IMG/VR virus record: IMGVR_UViG_3300024309_000095
Location: 1-44,370 of that record
Strand: one strand, 5' to 3'
From: a virus
Taxonomy: Duplodnaviria > Caudoviricetes
DNA length: 44,370 nt
Shown: one piece after another, positions 16,838 to 24,980 of the stretch
Layout of the letters: every line of letters starts with the position of its first letter
How positions within the stretch are numbered: position 1 is the stretch's first letter
Notes under the pieces: model-generated
What the model was told of the DNA's origin: nothing
Databases searched by the model: none
Seen by the model: the letters and a program-made list of their open reading frames with translations, nothing else
Translations under genes and position numbers: made by a program

Positions 16838-17661
16838 TAAAGGCCCCGTTCACAGAGGCGGCGGTTATCGGCGCGGCGCTTGATCAGTCCTGGTAATTTT
16901 TTGCCACCGGCATAGACCCATGCGCTCATGGCAGCGCATCCGCCCCTGAAATCACCGGCCTTGAAACGCGCGGCCACGGTGGAACGGCAATATGCGGTCG
17001 GGCCGATATTGTAAGCCAAGTCAATAGTGGCCGCCAGAATATAGGGACGGTCCTTGATTTGTGGCGAACATTTCAAAACAGGGGCGGCATGGGCCAAGAG
17101 CTGTGTATCGAGCGACACACGGCATTCCTCATCCGTATAGACCTGCCCTACCACAACGTTTGTCGTGTCGCCTGCGCATTTGGTCGGAATGCCGGCCGGA
17201 TCGAGATAGCCCTTGTGTATCGTGCCTTCATGCGCGGGCACGTCGATATGCAGCCGTTCATAAACAACAGGCCCCACCAGAGCCAGCAGGCCCGCCGCCG
17301 CCGCGCCCAGGACCGCATTGCGCGCAGCCGCGCCGCTCGTCTCTTTCAGCATATAGGTCAGCCATCCGACAACGGCCTTGAGCTTCGCCATGACCTTGGC
17401 CTGCGGAATGAACTTTGAAACGATCGAGGCCAGCAACAGGGCGATGCTGATGGTAATGCCGTCCTGCTGTTTCATGTTCACTGTCAGCGCCGGCGGTAAA
17501 TTGTTCCACAGCGTCAAGGCACCTTGAGGCAACCAGAAAAAGAACGCCAGGGCCATGGTGCCGACCGTGGAAAGCCATGTGGACCAATGGCCCAAAGGCC
17601 CATTGAGGGATGAAGACAGCCAGTTCCGGATACGCTGCAGGAGATCGGTCAAATATGGCAT
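16837..17661 (-). CDS. GH24 lysozyme endolysin with an N-terminal holin-like membrane domain
   Basis: E-x8-D-x5-T triad (HEGTIHKGYLDPAGIPT), YNIG, WVYAGGKKLPGLIKRR; two TM segments plus a Gly/Ala-rich SAR-like helix upstream. Confidence 0.88.
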   Translation of the reverse strand: MPYLTDLLQRIRNWLSSSLNGPLGHWSTWLSTVGTMALAFFFWLPQGALTLWNNLPPALTVNMKQQDGITISIALLLASIVSKFIPQAKVMAKLKAVVGWLTYMLKETSGAAARNAVLGAAAAGLLALVGPVVYERLHIDVPAHEGTIHKGYLDPAGIPTKCAGDTTNVVVGQVYTDEECRVSLDTQLLAHAAPVLKCSPQIKDRPYILAATIDLAYNIGPTAYCRSTVAARFKAGDFRGGCAAMSAWVYAGGKKLPGLIKRRADNRRLCERGL

Positions 17662-17744
17662 GGTGATTGGCTCCGGGCTGGCTTCGGTAATGGCTGTCCT
17701 CGCCCGCACGTTCCGCGCCGCCCCGCGCAAGAGCCAGCCCGCAC

Positions 17745-17769
17745 GGTTGTCACAAGGCTTGTGACAACC
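17745..17769. promoter_or_regulatory. Late-promoter activator site 2 (divergent lysis / J operons)
   Basis: Identical to 7946-7970. Confidence 0.8.
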
Positions 17770-17812
17770 GCCTTGCCTCGCAGGGTTTCAGGGACGCGGC
17801 GACAAATGGGCC

Positions 17813-18664
17813 ATGCCCGCAGATACCGCCATCGACCTGTCGCTTGTGCCCTCGCCCGCCGTGATCGAGGCGCTGGATTTCGACACCCTTCTTGCCGAAA
17901 TGAAGGCGAAGCTGCTGGAATACCTGCCCGGCTTTGATACCGAGGATATGAACGATCCGGCGGTCCATGTTCTGCATGTCGCCGCTTATTTCCGGCTGCT
18001 CGACCGACAGCGCGTCAATGACGCCTCCCGCGCCGTCATGGTAGCCTATGCGGTCGGCTCTGATCTCGACAATCTGGGTGCGCTATTCCGCGTGGTGCGT
18101 TTTGACGGCGAAAGCGACAGCGATTTTCGTGAGCGTATCGTGCTGGCGCCTGATGGCTATTCCGTCGCCGGTCCTGCCGGGGCCTATGTTTATCTCGCCC
18201 GTTCGGCTGACGCCCGCGTCAGGGACGCCACAGTGGCCAGCCCTTCGCCCGGTGAAGTGGTCGTTACAGTCATGTCGAGCGAGGCGACCGGCACCGCGTC
18301 GGGCGGTCTGCTCACGGTCGTGAACACGGCGCTGAACGCCGATACAGTCCGCCCGCTGACGGATCACGTCACAGTTCAGAGCGCCACCGAAGTCAATTTC
18401 ACGGTCACCGCCTCGATCTATACCTATGCCGGTCCTGACAAGGATGTGGTTATGGCGGAGGCTAATGCCGGGCTGGTCGCCTATCTTGCTTCGGTCAAAA
18501 GGCTGGGCCGCGATATTACCCTGAGCGGCCTTTATGGCGCCCTGCATGTTGCCGGCGTCCAGCGTGTCGTCCTGGCCTCACCAACGGCCATCGTAGCGAT
18601 CAGTGATACGCAAGTCGGCACCTGCACGGCCATCACGGTCACCTGGGCGGGGACGGACTCGTGA
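17813..18664 (+). CDS. J: Baseplate wedge protein (gpJ)
   Basis: IDLSLVPSPAVIEALDF, YSVAGPAGAY, VRPLTDHVTVQSA. Confidence 0.93.
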   Translation: MPADTAIDLSLVPSPAVIEALDFDTLLAEMKAKLLEYLPGFDTEDMNDPAVHVLHVAAYFRLLDRQRVNDASRAVMVAYAVGSDLDNLGALFRVVRFDGESDSDFRERIVLAPDGYSVAGPAGAYVYLARSADARVRDATVASPSPGEVVVTVMSSEATGTASGGLLTVVNTALNADTVRPLTDHVTVQSATEVNFTVTASIYTYAGPDKDVVMAEANAGLVAYLASVKRLGRDITLSGLYGALHVAGVQRVVLASPTAIVAISDTQVGTCTAITVTWAGTDS

Positions 18665-19200
18665 TTACGATTCTCCCACCGAACGCAACGCCGTTGCAGA
18701 TCGCCCTTGAACAGGCGGTTCAGGTGCCCGCCCTTTCCGCCCCTCTGCGCGACCTGTGGAACCCTGATACCTGCCCCGTCGCGCTCCTGCCCTGGCTGGC
18801 TTACGAGTTGTCCATTCCCGACTGGTCGAGCGACTGGAGCGAAGCCGTCAAACGCGCCCGGATCAAGGCCGCCATCGAAATCCACCGCAGGAAGGGTACC
18901 AAATCCTCGATCGCGGCCATTGTCGCCGCCCTGGGTGGCAATATCGCCATCTCCGAATGGTGGCAGACCACCCCAAAAGGCACACCGCACACCTTCACCA
19001 TCATTCTGTCGGCCAGCCAGAACGGCGCACCCGCCTCATCCGACTATATCCAGTCGCTGATCGACGAGGTGAGCCGCACCAAGCCTGTACGCAGCCACTT
19101 CACCTTCACCGAAGGCATTGAATTTACCGGCGGCGTGGCCGTCGCCGCGATTCTACGCCCTGCCACCTTTGCCCGCCTCTCTTTCCAGTCTGTCGGATAG
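18661..19200 (+). CDS. I: Baseplate/tail protein (gpI)
   Basis: LPPNATPL, LWNPDTCPVALLPWLA, HRRKGT, KPVRSH. Confidence 0.93.
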   Translation: MITILPPNATPLQIALEQAVQVPALSAPLRDLWNPDTCPVALLPWLAYELSIPDWSSDWSEAVKRARIKAAIEIHRRKGTKSSIAAIVAALGGNIAISEWWQTTPKGTPHTFTIILSASQNGAPASSDYIQSLIDEVSRTKPVRSHFTFTEGIEFTGGVAVAAILRPATFARLSFQSVG

Positions 19201-19209
19201 GATCACCCC

Positions 19210-21561
19210 TTGGCCCTGAATCTCGTCATCACCAATGCCGGCCGCGCCGCGATTACCAATGCGCAATCCTCCGGCACCAATGTCATTACCATCACGAAGG
19301 TCGGCGTCACGGCCAGCATTTTTACGCCGCTGGCGACACAGACCACGCTTCCGGGCGAAATCAAGAAACTGGATGCGGTCAGCGGCGGCGCCGTGGCCCC
19401 CGCCTCCATCCACCTGTCGGCCATTGACGCGTCGGCCGATGTTTACGATCTGCACGGCTATGCGCTTTATCTGTCGGATGGCACGCTGTTCGCTATTTAC
19501 AGCCAGGCCACCACAATTCAATCCAAGGCCGCCGGCGCCCAGGCGCTATTTGCCGGCGATATCGTTTTCTCAGGCCTGGGCGCGGTAAGTATAACGGTAG
19601 GCGATACAACCTTCCTCAATCCACCCGCGACCACAGAAAAACAGGGCGTGGTCGAACTGGCCACCAATGCCGAAACCATCACCGGAACGGATGCTGTCCG
19701 GGCGACCACGCCTGCCGGTGTCGCCGCCGCGATTTCCGCTCGCACGGCATCTGAAACCGCTCAAGGTATCGTCGAACTGGCGACCTCAGCCGAAACTGTC
19801 ACCGGGACGGATGCCGCTCGCGCAACGACACCAGCCGGTGTTGCCGCTGCGATCACCGCCCGCGCCGCCAGCGCCACGGTCGCCGGCATTGTGGAACTGG
19901 CGACCAATGCCGAAGTCGTCACCGGAACGGATGCTGTCCGGGCGGCCACGCCTGCCGGTGTCGCCGCCGCAATTTCGGCTCGCACGGCATCTGAAACCGC
20001 TCAGGGTATCGTCGAGCTGGCGACCTCAGCCGAAACCGTCACCGGAGCGGATGCTGTACGTGCGACGACACCAGCCGGTGTTGCCGCTGCGATTTCCGCT
20101 CGCACGGCATCTGAAACCGCTCAAGGTATCGTCGAACTGGCGACCTCAGCCGAAACTATCACCGGGACGGATGCCACTCGCGCCGTTACCCCCGCAGGCC
20201 TGGCCGCAAAGGTCGCCTCTGAAACAGCGCGAGGCCTGGTCGAGTTGGCGACCTCAGCCGAAACCGTTACCGGAACGGATTCCGTCCGCGCCGCCACGCC
20301 TGCCGGTGTGGCCGCTGCGATCACCGCCCGCGCCGCCAGTGCCACGGTCGCCGGCATTGTGGAACTGGCCACCAATGCCGAAGTCGTCACCGGGACGGAT
20401 GCCGTCCGGGCGGCCACGCCTGCCGGTGTTGCCGCCGCGATCACCGCCCGCGCCGCCAGCGCCACGACCGCTGGCATTGTGGAACTGGCGACCTCAGCCG
20501 AAACCATCACCGGGACGGATGCTGTACGTGCGACGACACCAGCCGGTGTTGCCGCTGCGATTTCCGCTCGCACGGCATCTGAAACCGCTCAAGGTATCGT
20601 CGAGCTGGCGACCTCAGCCGAAACCATCACCGGGACGGATGCCACTCGCGCTGTTACCCCCGCAGGCCTGGCTGCAAAGGTCGCCTCTGAAACAGCGCGA
20701 GGCCTGGTCGAGCTGGCGACCTCAGCCGAAACCGTTACCGGAACGGATACCGTCCGCGCCGCCACGCCTGCCGGTGTGGCCGCTGCGATCACCGCCCGCG
20801 CCGCCAGCGCCACGGTCGCCGGCATTGTGGAACTGGCAACCAGTGCCGAAGTCGTCACCGGGACGGATGCCGTCCGGGCGGCCACGCCTGCCGGTGTTGC
20901 CGCCGCGATCACCGCCCGTACAGCCAGCGCTACAGCCGCCGGTATTGTGGAACTGGCCACGAATGCCGAAACCATAAGCGGAACGGATGCCCTTCGCGCG
21001 GTCACACCTGCCGCCTTGAAAGCGGCGCTTTTGGCTTTGCTTTTAACGGTTGATGGTTCAGGTTCCACGCTTGATGCGGATCTACTCGACGGGCAGCATG
21101 GCAGCTATTATGCGGATGTATTGGCTCGCCTGGGCTTCACCCCCGTTCAGCAAGGCGGCGGCACTGGCCAGGCCAATAATAAGATTAAAATTGGCTGGTC
21201 TGGTGCAGCCTTGAAAGCGATGGTTGATACCATCGATTTGGGGAATTTCCTGTTTGAGCCATCCGTTACCGGTTCTGCTGGCTCTTTCACAACCCATTCA
21301 TTCAAACTTGGCCCTCTGCTCATTCAGTTTGGCACCGCCATGACCGTCGCCCCCAATGGTTCCCAAGGCGTTGTTTTCCCGACCGCATTTTCAGCGGTCC
21401 CATATTGGGCCATCGCCGGGCGCCGCACATCATCTGCGGTTACCAACGCCGATTCTGGCGGCGGGATTGAAGGCACCCCCTCAACAACAGGGATGACGGT
21501 GCGCAATACGACCGCCGGCACCCCCATAGACATTCCATGGCTTGTCATCGGTCCATCATAG
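19210..21561 (+). CDS. H: Tail fibre protein (gpH)
   Basis: Follows I; ITNAGRAA N-terminus, 12 ELAT repeats, VDGSGSTLDADLLDG, variable C-terminal tip. Confidence 0.9.
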   Translation: MALNLVITNAGRAAITNAQSSGTNVITITKVGVTASIFTPLATQTTLPGEIKKLDAVSGGAVAPASIHLSAIDASADVYDLHGYALYLSDGTLFAIYSQATTIQSKAAGAQALFAGDIVFSGLGAVSITVGDTTFLNPPATTEKQGVVELATNAETITGTDAVRATTPAGVAAAISARTASETAQGIVELATSAETVTGTDAARATTPAGVAAAITARAASATVAGIVELATNAEVVTGTDAVRAATPAGVAAAISARTASETAQGIVELATSAETVTGADAVRATTPAGVAAAISARTASETAQGIVELATSAETITGTDATRAVTPAGLAAKVASETARGLVELATSAETVTGTDSVRAATPAGVAAAITARAASATVAGIVELATNAEVVTGTDAVRAATPAGVAAAITARAASATTAGIVELATSAETITGTDAVRATTPAGVAAAISARTASETAQGIVELATSAETITGTDATRAVTPAGLAAKVASETARGLVELATSAETVTGTDTVRAATPAGVAAAITARAASATVAGIVELATSAEVVTGTDAVRAATPAGVAAAITARTASATAAGIVELATNAETISGTDALRAVTPAALKAALLALLLTVDGSGSTLDADLLDGQHGSYYADVLARLGFTPVQQGGGTGQANNKIKIGWSGAALKAMVDTIDLGNFLFEPSVTGSAGSFTTHSFKLGPLLIQFGTAMTVAPNGSQGVVFPTAFSAVPYWAIAGRRTSSAVTNADSGGGIEGTPSTTGMTVRNTTAGTPIDIPWLVIGPS
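19627..21020 (+). repeat. Tandem coding repeat array in the tail fibre (12 units of 120 or 108 bp)
   Basis: Unit ASETAQGIVELATSAETVTGTDAxRAxTPAGVAAAIxART; 468-bp higher-order duplication (20101 vs 20569). Confidence 0.9.
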
Positions 21562-21574
21562 AAAGAAGCATTCG

Positions 21575-21784
21575 ATGAAAATTCGGATCGGCACGTTTAA
21601 TCCGGAAACCGTCAAGGTGCCCGTCACCTTCAAACACGCCAGCGTCACGCATAGGCGTGATGTCAATGCGGTTCTGACCGATGCAGGCGACTATGACGCC
21701 TCTGCCACCCGCACCCGCGTTCAGGAAGTCGCAAACGGGGTGATCCACAAGATTGCGGCCGGCGTCCTTCCCGAACAAGTGTAG
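21575..21784 (+). CDS. Small protein after the fibre, probable fibre assembly chaperone
   Basis: 69 aa at the gpG position. Confidence 0.6.
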   Translation: MKIRIGTFNPETVKVPVTFKHASVTHRRDVNAVLTDAGDYDASATRTRVQEVANGVIHKIAAGVLPEQV

Positions 21785-21789
21785 TCCCC

Positions 21790-21814
21790 GGTTGTCACAA
21801 GCCTTGTGACAACC
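21790..21814. promoter_or_regulatory. Late-promoter activator site 3 (V-W-FI...D operon)
   Basis: GGTTGTCACAAGCCTTGTGACAACC, the reverse complement of the other two copies. Confidence 0.8.
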
Positions 21815-21856
21815 GCCCTCGCTGGCCAACTCTACCGCGCGCCGGATCATGCGCAT

Positions 21857-22429
21857 ATGACCGGTCATGACGACATTCCCGCCGCATTGGGCGACAGCTT
21901 CCGTAAAGGGATTATTCAGTCCCTCAACGGTAATCGCGCTGTTGTCAAATGCGGTGAAATCGTATCCCCGCCCCTTCCCTGGCTGACCCTGGCCGGCGGC
22001 TTCTCTCTCTTTGTCGCGCCAACGGTCGGCCAGCAGGTGGGCGTTCTTTGCCCTGAAGGCGATATCGAGGGCGGCGTTATCCTCAATGGCCTCTATTCCG
22101 ACACCTTCCCGGCACCTGGCGATGGACTGAAAATCGTCCTGAAGATGCCGGATGGCACGGCGCTGCAATATGACGCCTCCACCCACACCCTTACCATGAC
22201 CCTGACCGCCGGCGGCAAGATCGCCGCGACGGCCGATGGCGGTTTCACCTTCACCGGTAAGTCGAAATTCGTCGGTGATATGGAAGTAACCGGAAAGGTC
22301 GCCGCTTCTGACAATATTTCGACCGGCGGCGATTTCTCTGCCGATGGCACCGTCACCCTGGGGAGCGGCGCGTCTCAATTCGTCAAACTGGCAGACAACA
22401 CTAACGCCACGAAGGTGAAGGCGAAATGA
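21857..22429 (+). CDS. V: Baseplate spike (gpV)
   Basis: LPWLT.AG, APTVGQQV.VLCPEGD, GLYSD, DGT.LQYD. Confidence 0.88.
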   Translation: MTGHDDIPAALGDSFRKGIIQSLNGNRAVVKCGEIVSPPLPWLTLAGGFSLFVAPTVGQQVGVLCPEGDIEGGVILNGLYSDTFPAPGDGLKIVLKMPDGTALQYDASTHTLTMTLTAGGKIAATADGGFTFTGKSKFVGDMEVTGKVAASDNISTGGDFSADGTVTLGSGASQFVKLADNTNATKVKAK

Positions 22430-22773
22430 GCGGTGCCGGCATGAACCGCGACACCGGCAAGCTGATCGAGGGCCTGGCCAAGATCGAGCAGGATGTCATC
22501 ACCGTCCTGACCACGCCGCTGGACACCCTGCCGATGGCGCGCGGTTACGGTTCTCGGCTGTTAAGCCTGATTGACGCCCCGATGAATGCCCCCACCCGCC
22601 TGCTGGTGGCCGCCGCCAGCGCCGCCGCCGTTAATCGCTGGGTCAAAGGCGTCAAACTGACGAAAGCCGTCATGAATGTGGGCGGCGCAGATGGCCGGAC
22701 CACCATCGACCTGACCGGCTATCGCACCGATCTGCCCGCCTCTCCGCCGTTCACCCTTTCTATCCCCATTTAG
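22426..22773 (+). CDS. W: Baseplate protein (gpW, gp25-like)
   Basis: GMNRDTGK, LTTPL..LPMARGYGSRL..LID.P. Confidence 0.9.
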   Translation: MSGAGMNRDTGKLIEGLAKIEQDVITVLTTPLDTLPMARGYGSRLLSLIDAPMNAPTRLLVAAASAAAVNRWVKGVKLTKAVMNVGGADGRTTIDLTGYRTDLPASPPFTLSIPI

Positions 22774-22785
22774 GAGCTTCCCGCC

Positions 22786-23943
22786 ATGCCCATCAAACAC
22801 GGCATCCAGATCAATGAATTGACTTCAGGCACCCGCTCGCTGGTCCTGGCCTCTACCGCTGTTATCGGCCTCGTTGCCATCGCGGAAGATGCTGACGACA
22901 CAACTTTCCCGCTCGATACGGCCGTCCTGATTACCGATGTCCAAACGGCTGTTGGCAAGGCCGGCGCTTCCGGAAATCTGAAAAAGGTATTGCAGGCCAT
23001 TGCCGATCAATGCAGCCCTCAGGTGGTTGTGGTGCGCGTCGCCGCCGGCGCGGCCGATGGCGAAATCACGGAAGAAGCCGCCACCGCAGCCAACATCATC
23101 GGTGATGTCACGCCCGAAGGCAGATATACCGGTATGAAGGCGTTGCTGGCCGCCCAGGCCAAACTGGGCGTCACGCCGAAAATTTTGGGCGTTCCGGGGT
23201 ACGACAATCTTAGTGTCACCACGGAATTGGTCGTCATCGCCAAGAAGCTGCGCGCCATGGTCTATGCCAAGCCGGAGGGTGACACCATTGCAGACGTAGT
23301 GGCTTACAAGGAAGGCTTTGGCGACCGTGAACTGATGCTCATCTGGCCGGACTTCACCGACTTCCCCGGCTCAGCCGTCGCCCGCGCCCTCGGCCTGCGC
23401 GCCGCCATCGACCAGTCCACCGGCTGGAAGAAGTCCCTGTCCAATGTCGTTGTGTCCGGTGTTACCGGCATTGACGTGGACGTACATTGGGATATCAGCG
23501 GGATCGATACCGACGCGGCCGCCCTGAACGACGGGTCGATCACGACCCTGATCCGCCATGACGGCTTCAGGTTCTGGGGCAACCGTACCTGTTCGTCCGA
23601 GCCGCAGTACGTCTTCGAGGTGGCGACTCGGACAAACTACGTCTTGCAGGACACCATGCAGAAGGGCCTTCTGTGGATGGTGGATAAGCCGCTGACTGCC
23701 GGACTGGTCAAGGACGGCGTGGAAACCATCAACGCAGAGTTCCGCCTGTTGACGCAAAACGGCGACATCATCGGGGCGCTGGCCTGGTATCCCAAAGAAC
23801 TCAACAGCGTCACCTCGCTGGCCGGCGGCCAGTTGCAACTCTCCTACAACTTCACGCCGTGCGCGCCGATGGAAGGCCTTGGCCTGAATACGGCGATTAC
23901 GGACACCTATTACGCCAATCTGTCATCACAGATCGGCAACTAG
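22786..23943 (+). CDS. FI: Tail sheath (gpFI)
   Basis: TAVIGLV, YTGMKALL, GFRFWGNRTCS. Confidence 0.93.
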   Translation: MPIKHGIQINELTSGTRSLVLASTAVIGLVAIAEDADDTTFPLDTAVLITDVQTAVGKAGASGNLKKVLQAIADQCSPQVVVVRVAAGAADGEITEEAATAANIIGDVTPEGRYTGMKALLAAQAKLGVTPKILGVPGYDNLSVTTELVVIAKKLRAMVYAKPEGDTIADVVAYKEGFGDRELMLIWPDFTDFPGSAVARALGLRAAIDQSTGWKKSLSNVVVSGVTGIDVDVHWDISGIDTDAAALNDGSITTLIRHDGFRFWGNRTCSSEPQYVFEVATRTNYVLQDTMQKGLLWMVDKPLTAGLVKDGVETINAEFRLLTQNGDIIGALAWYPKELNSVTSLAGGQLQLSYNFTPCAPMEGLGLNTAITDTYYANLSSQIGN

Positions 23944-23961
23944 CCCTAAAGGAGCAATGCC

Positions 23962-24471
23962 ATGACGCTGGCGCGTAAACTAAAAAATATGAACCTCTTT
24001 CTGAACGGCGGCGGCATGCTTGGTGTCGTTTCGGAGGTCACCCTTCCGAAGATCACGGAAAAGAATGAAAGCAGCCGCTACAGCGGCATGTTGGGTGAAG
24101 TCGATTTTTTCATGGGCGTTGACAAACTCGAACTGACCTACAAGGCCGGCGGGCTGTTCCATGAAGGCATCGCCAATTTCGGTAATGCCAAGCTCGGCTC
24201 CGACATGCTCCGCTGGTCTGGAGCGGTGCAGAATGGCAACACGGGCGAAGTCAGCGCTTACGAGGCCATTACTCGTGGTCGCCATACTGAAATCGATCTG
24301 GGCACCGCCAAGGTCGGTGAAGGCGGTGAAACGGCCATGAAGGTCACCTGCACCTATTACAAGCTGACTGTGGACGGTGTGGACGTGATCGAAATCGATA
24401 TGATTTCCGGCCTCCTCATCACCGGCGGCGTTGATCGCACCGCTGAAATCCGTGCCATCATCGGCTCCTAA
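23962..24471 (+). CDS. FII: Tail tube (gpFII)
   Basis: LARKLKNMNLF, VTLPK, CTYYKLTVDG. Confidence 0.93.
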   Translation: MTLARKLKNMNLFLNGGGMLGVVSEVTLPKITEKNESSRYSGMLGEVDFFMGVDKLELTYKAGGLFHEGIANFGNAKLGSDMLRWSGAVQNGNTGEVSAYEAITRGRHTEIDLGTAKVGEGGETAMKVTCTYYKLTVDGVDVIEIDMISGLLITGGVDRTAEIRAIIGS

Positions 24472-24483
24472 ACCATAATTGCT

Positions 24484-24505
24484 GCCCTGCTTCGGCAGGG
24501 CCTTT
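24484..24505 (+). terminator. Hairpin with UUCG loop after the tube gene (weak terminator/attenuator)
   Basis: GCCCTGC-TTCG-GCAGGGC then CTTT. Confidence 0.5.
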
Positions 24506-24525
24506 ACTCCCGCGAAAGCCTTATC

Positions 24526-24843
24526 ATGTCCGAGATTTCCGAACCCATCACCTTGTCTAAGCCCGTGCCCCGCAAGGGTGGCGATATTACCAGCATCCAG
24601 GTCCGTAAACCCTATGGTGGCGAGTTGCGCGGCCTCGAAATGAGCGCCGTTATTCGCGGCCAGTATGACCAGACCTGCGTTTGCCTGTCACGCTGTACTG
24701 TGCCCACGATCCATGTCCACGAGCTGCAAAAACTCGATCCGTTCGATATGGGCGCGCTTTCGGGCACGCTGTCCGGTTTTTTTCTGACGGCCCCGACGCC
24801 GGAAACCCCGGCGCCGCCTCTCGACTTGCCTTCGACCGAATAG
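24526..24843 (+). CDS. E: Tail assembly chaperone (gpE)
   Basis: RKPYGGELRGL; position between FII and T. Confidence 0.88.
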   Translation: MSEISEPITLSKPVPRKGGDITSIQVRKPYGGELRGLEMSAVIRGQYDQTCVCLSRCTVPTIHVHELQKLDPFDMGALSGTLSGFFLTAPTPETPAPPLDLPSTE

Positions 24844-24980
24844 AAGAAGTCGAAGCGGATATCGCGGCCGTCTTCCATTGGCCGCCCCCCGTCTTCGACA
24901 CCATGCCGGTCGATGATGTCATGGGGCACCATGCCCGCGCCATCAAGCGCTATAATCTTATGAACGGGATCGACGACTGA
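24526..24980 (+). CDS. gpE+E' produced by a -1 programmed frameshift
   Basis: T7 run at 24777-24783; the -1 frame encodes ADIAAVFHWPP typical of E'. Confidence 0.8.

Noticed and set aside
17310-17355. MLKETSGAAA as a prepilin-peptidase site releasing the endolysin
   Set aside because: Resembles Flp leaders only loosely and lacks the +5 Glu.
13174-17661. Inverted block as an invertase-controlled segment
   Set aside because: No invertase gene and no flanking inverted repeats seen; it has its own late-promoter site.
19667-20977. 436-aa Pro/Arg-rich alternative-frame ORF
   Set aside because: By-product of the stop-free fibre repeat.
19627-21020. Fibre repeats as a CRISPR array or DGR template/variable pair
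   Set aside because: Contiguous in-frame coding repeats without spacers; no reverse transcriptase and no adenine-specific variation.
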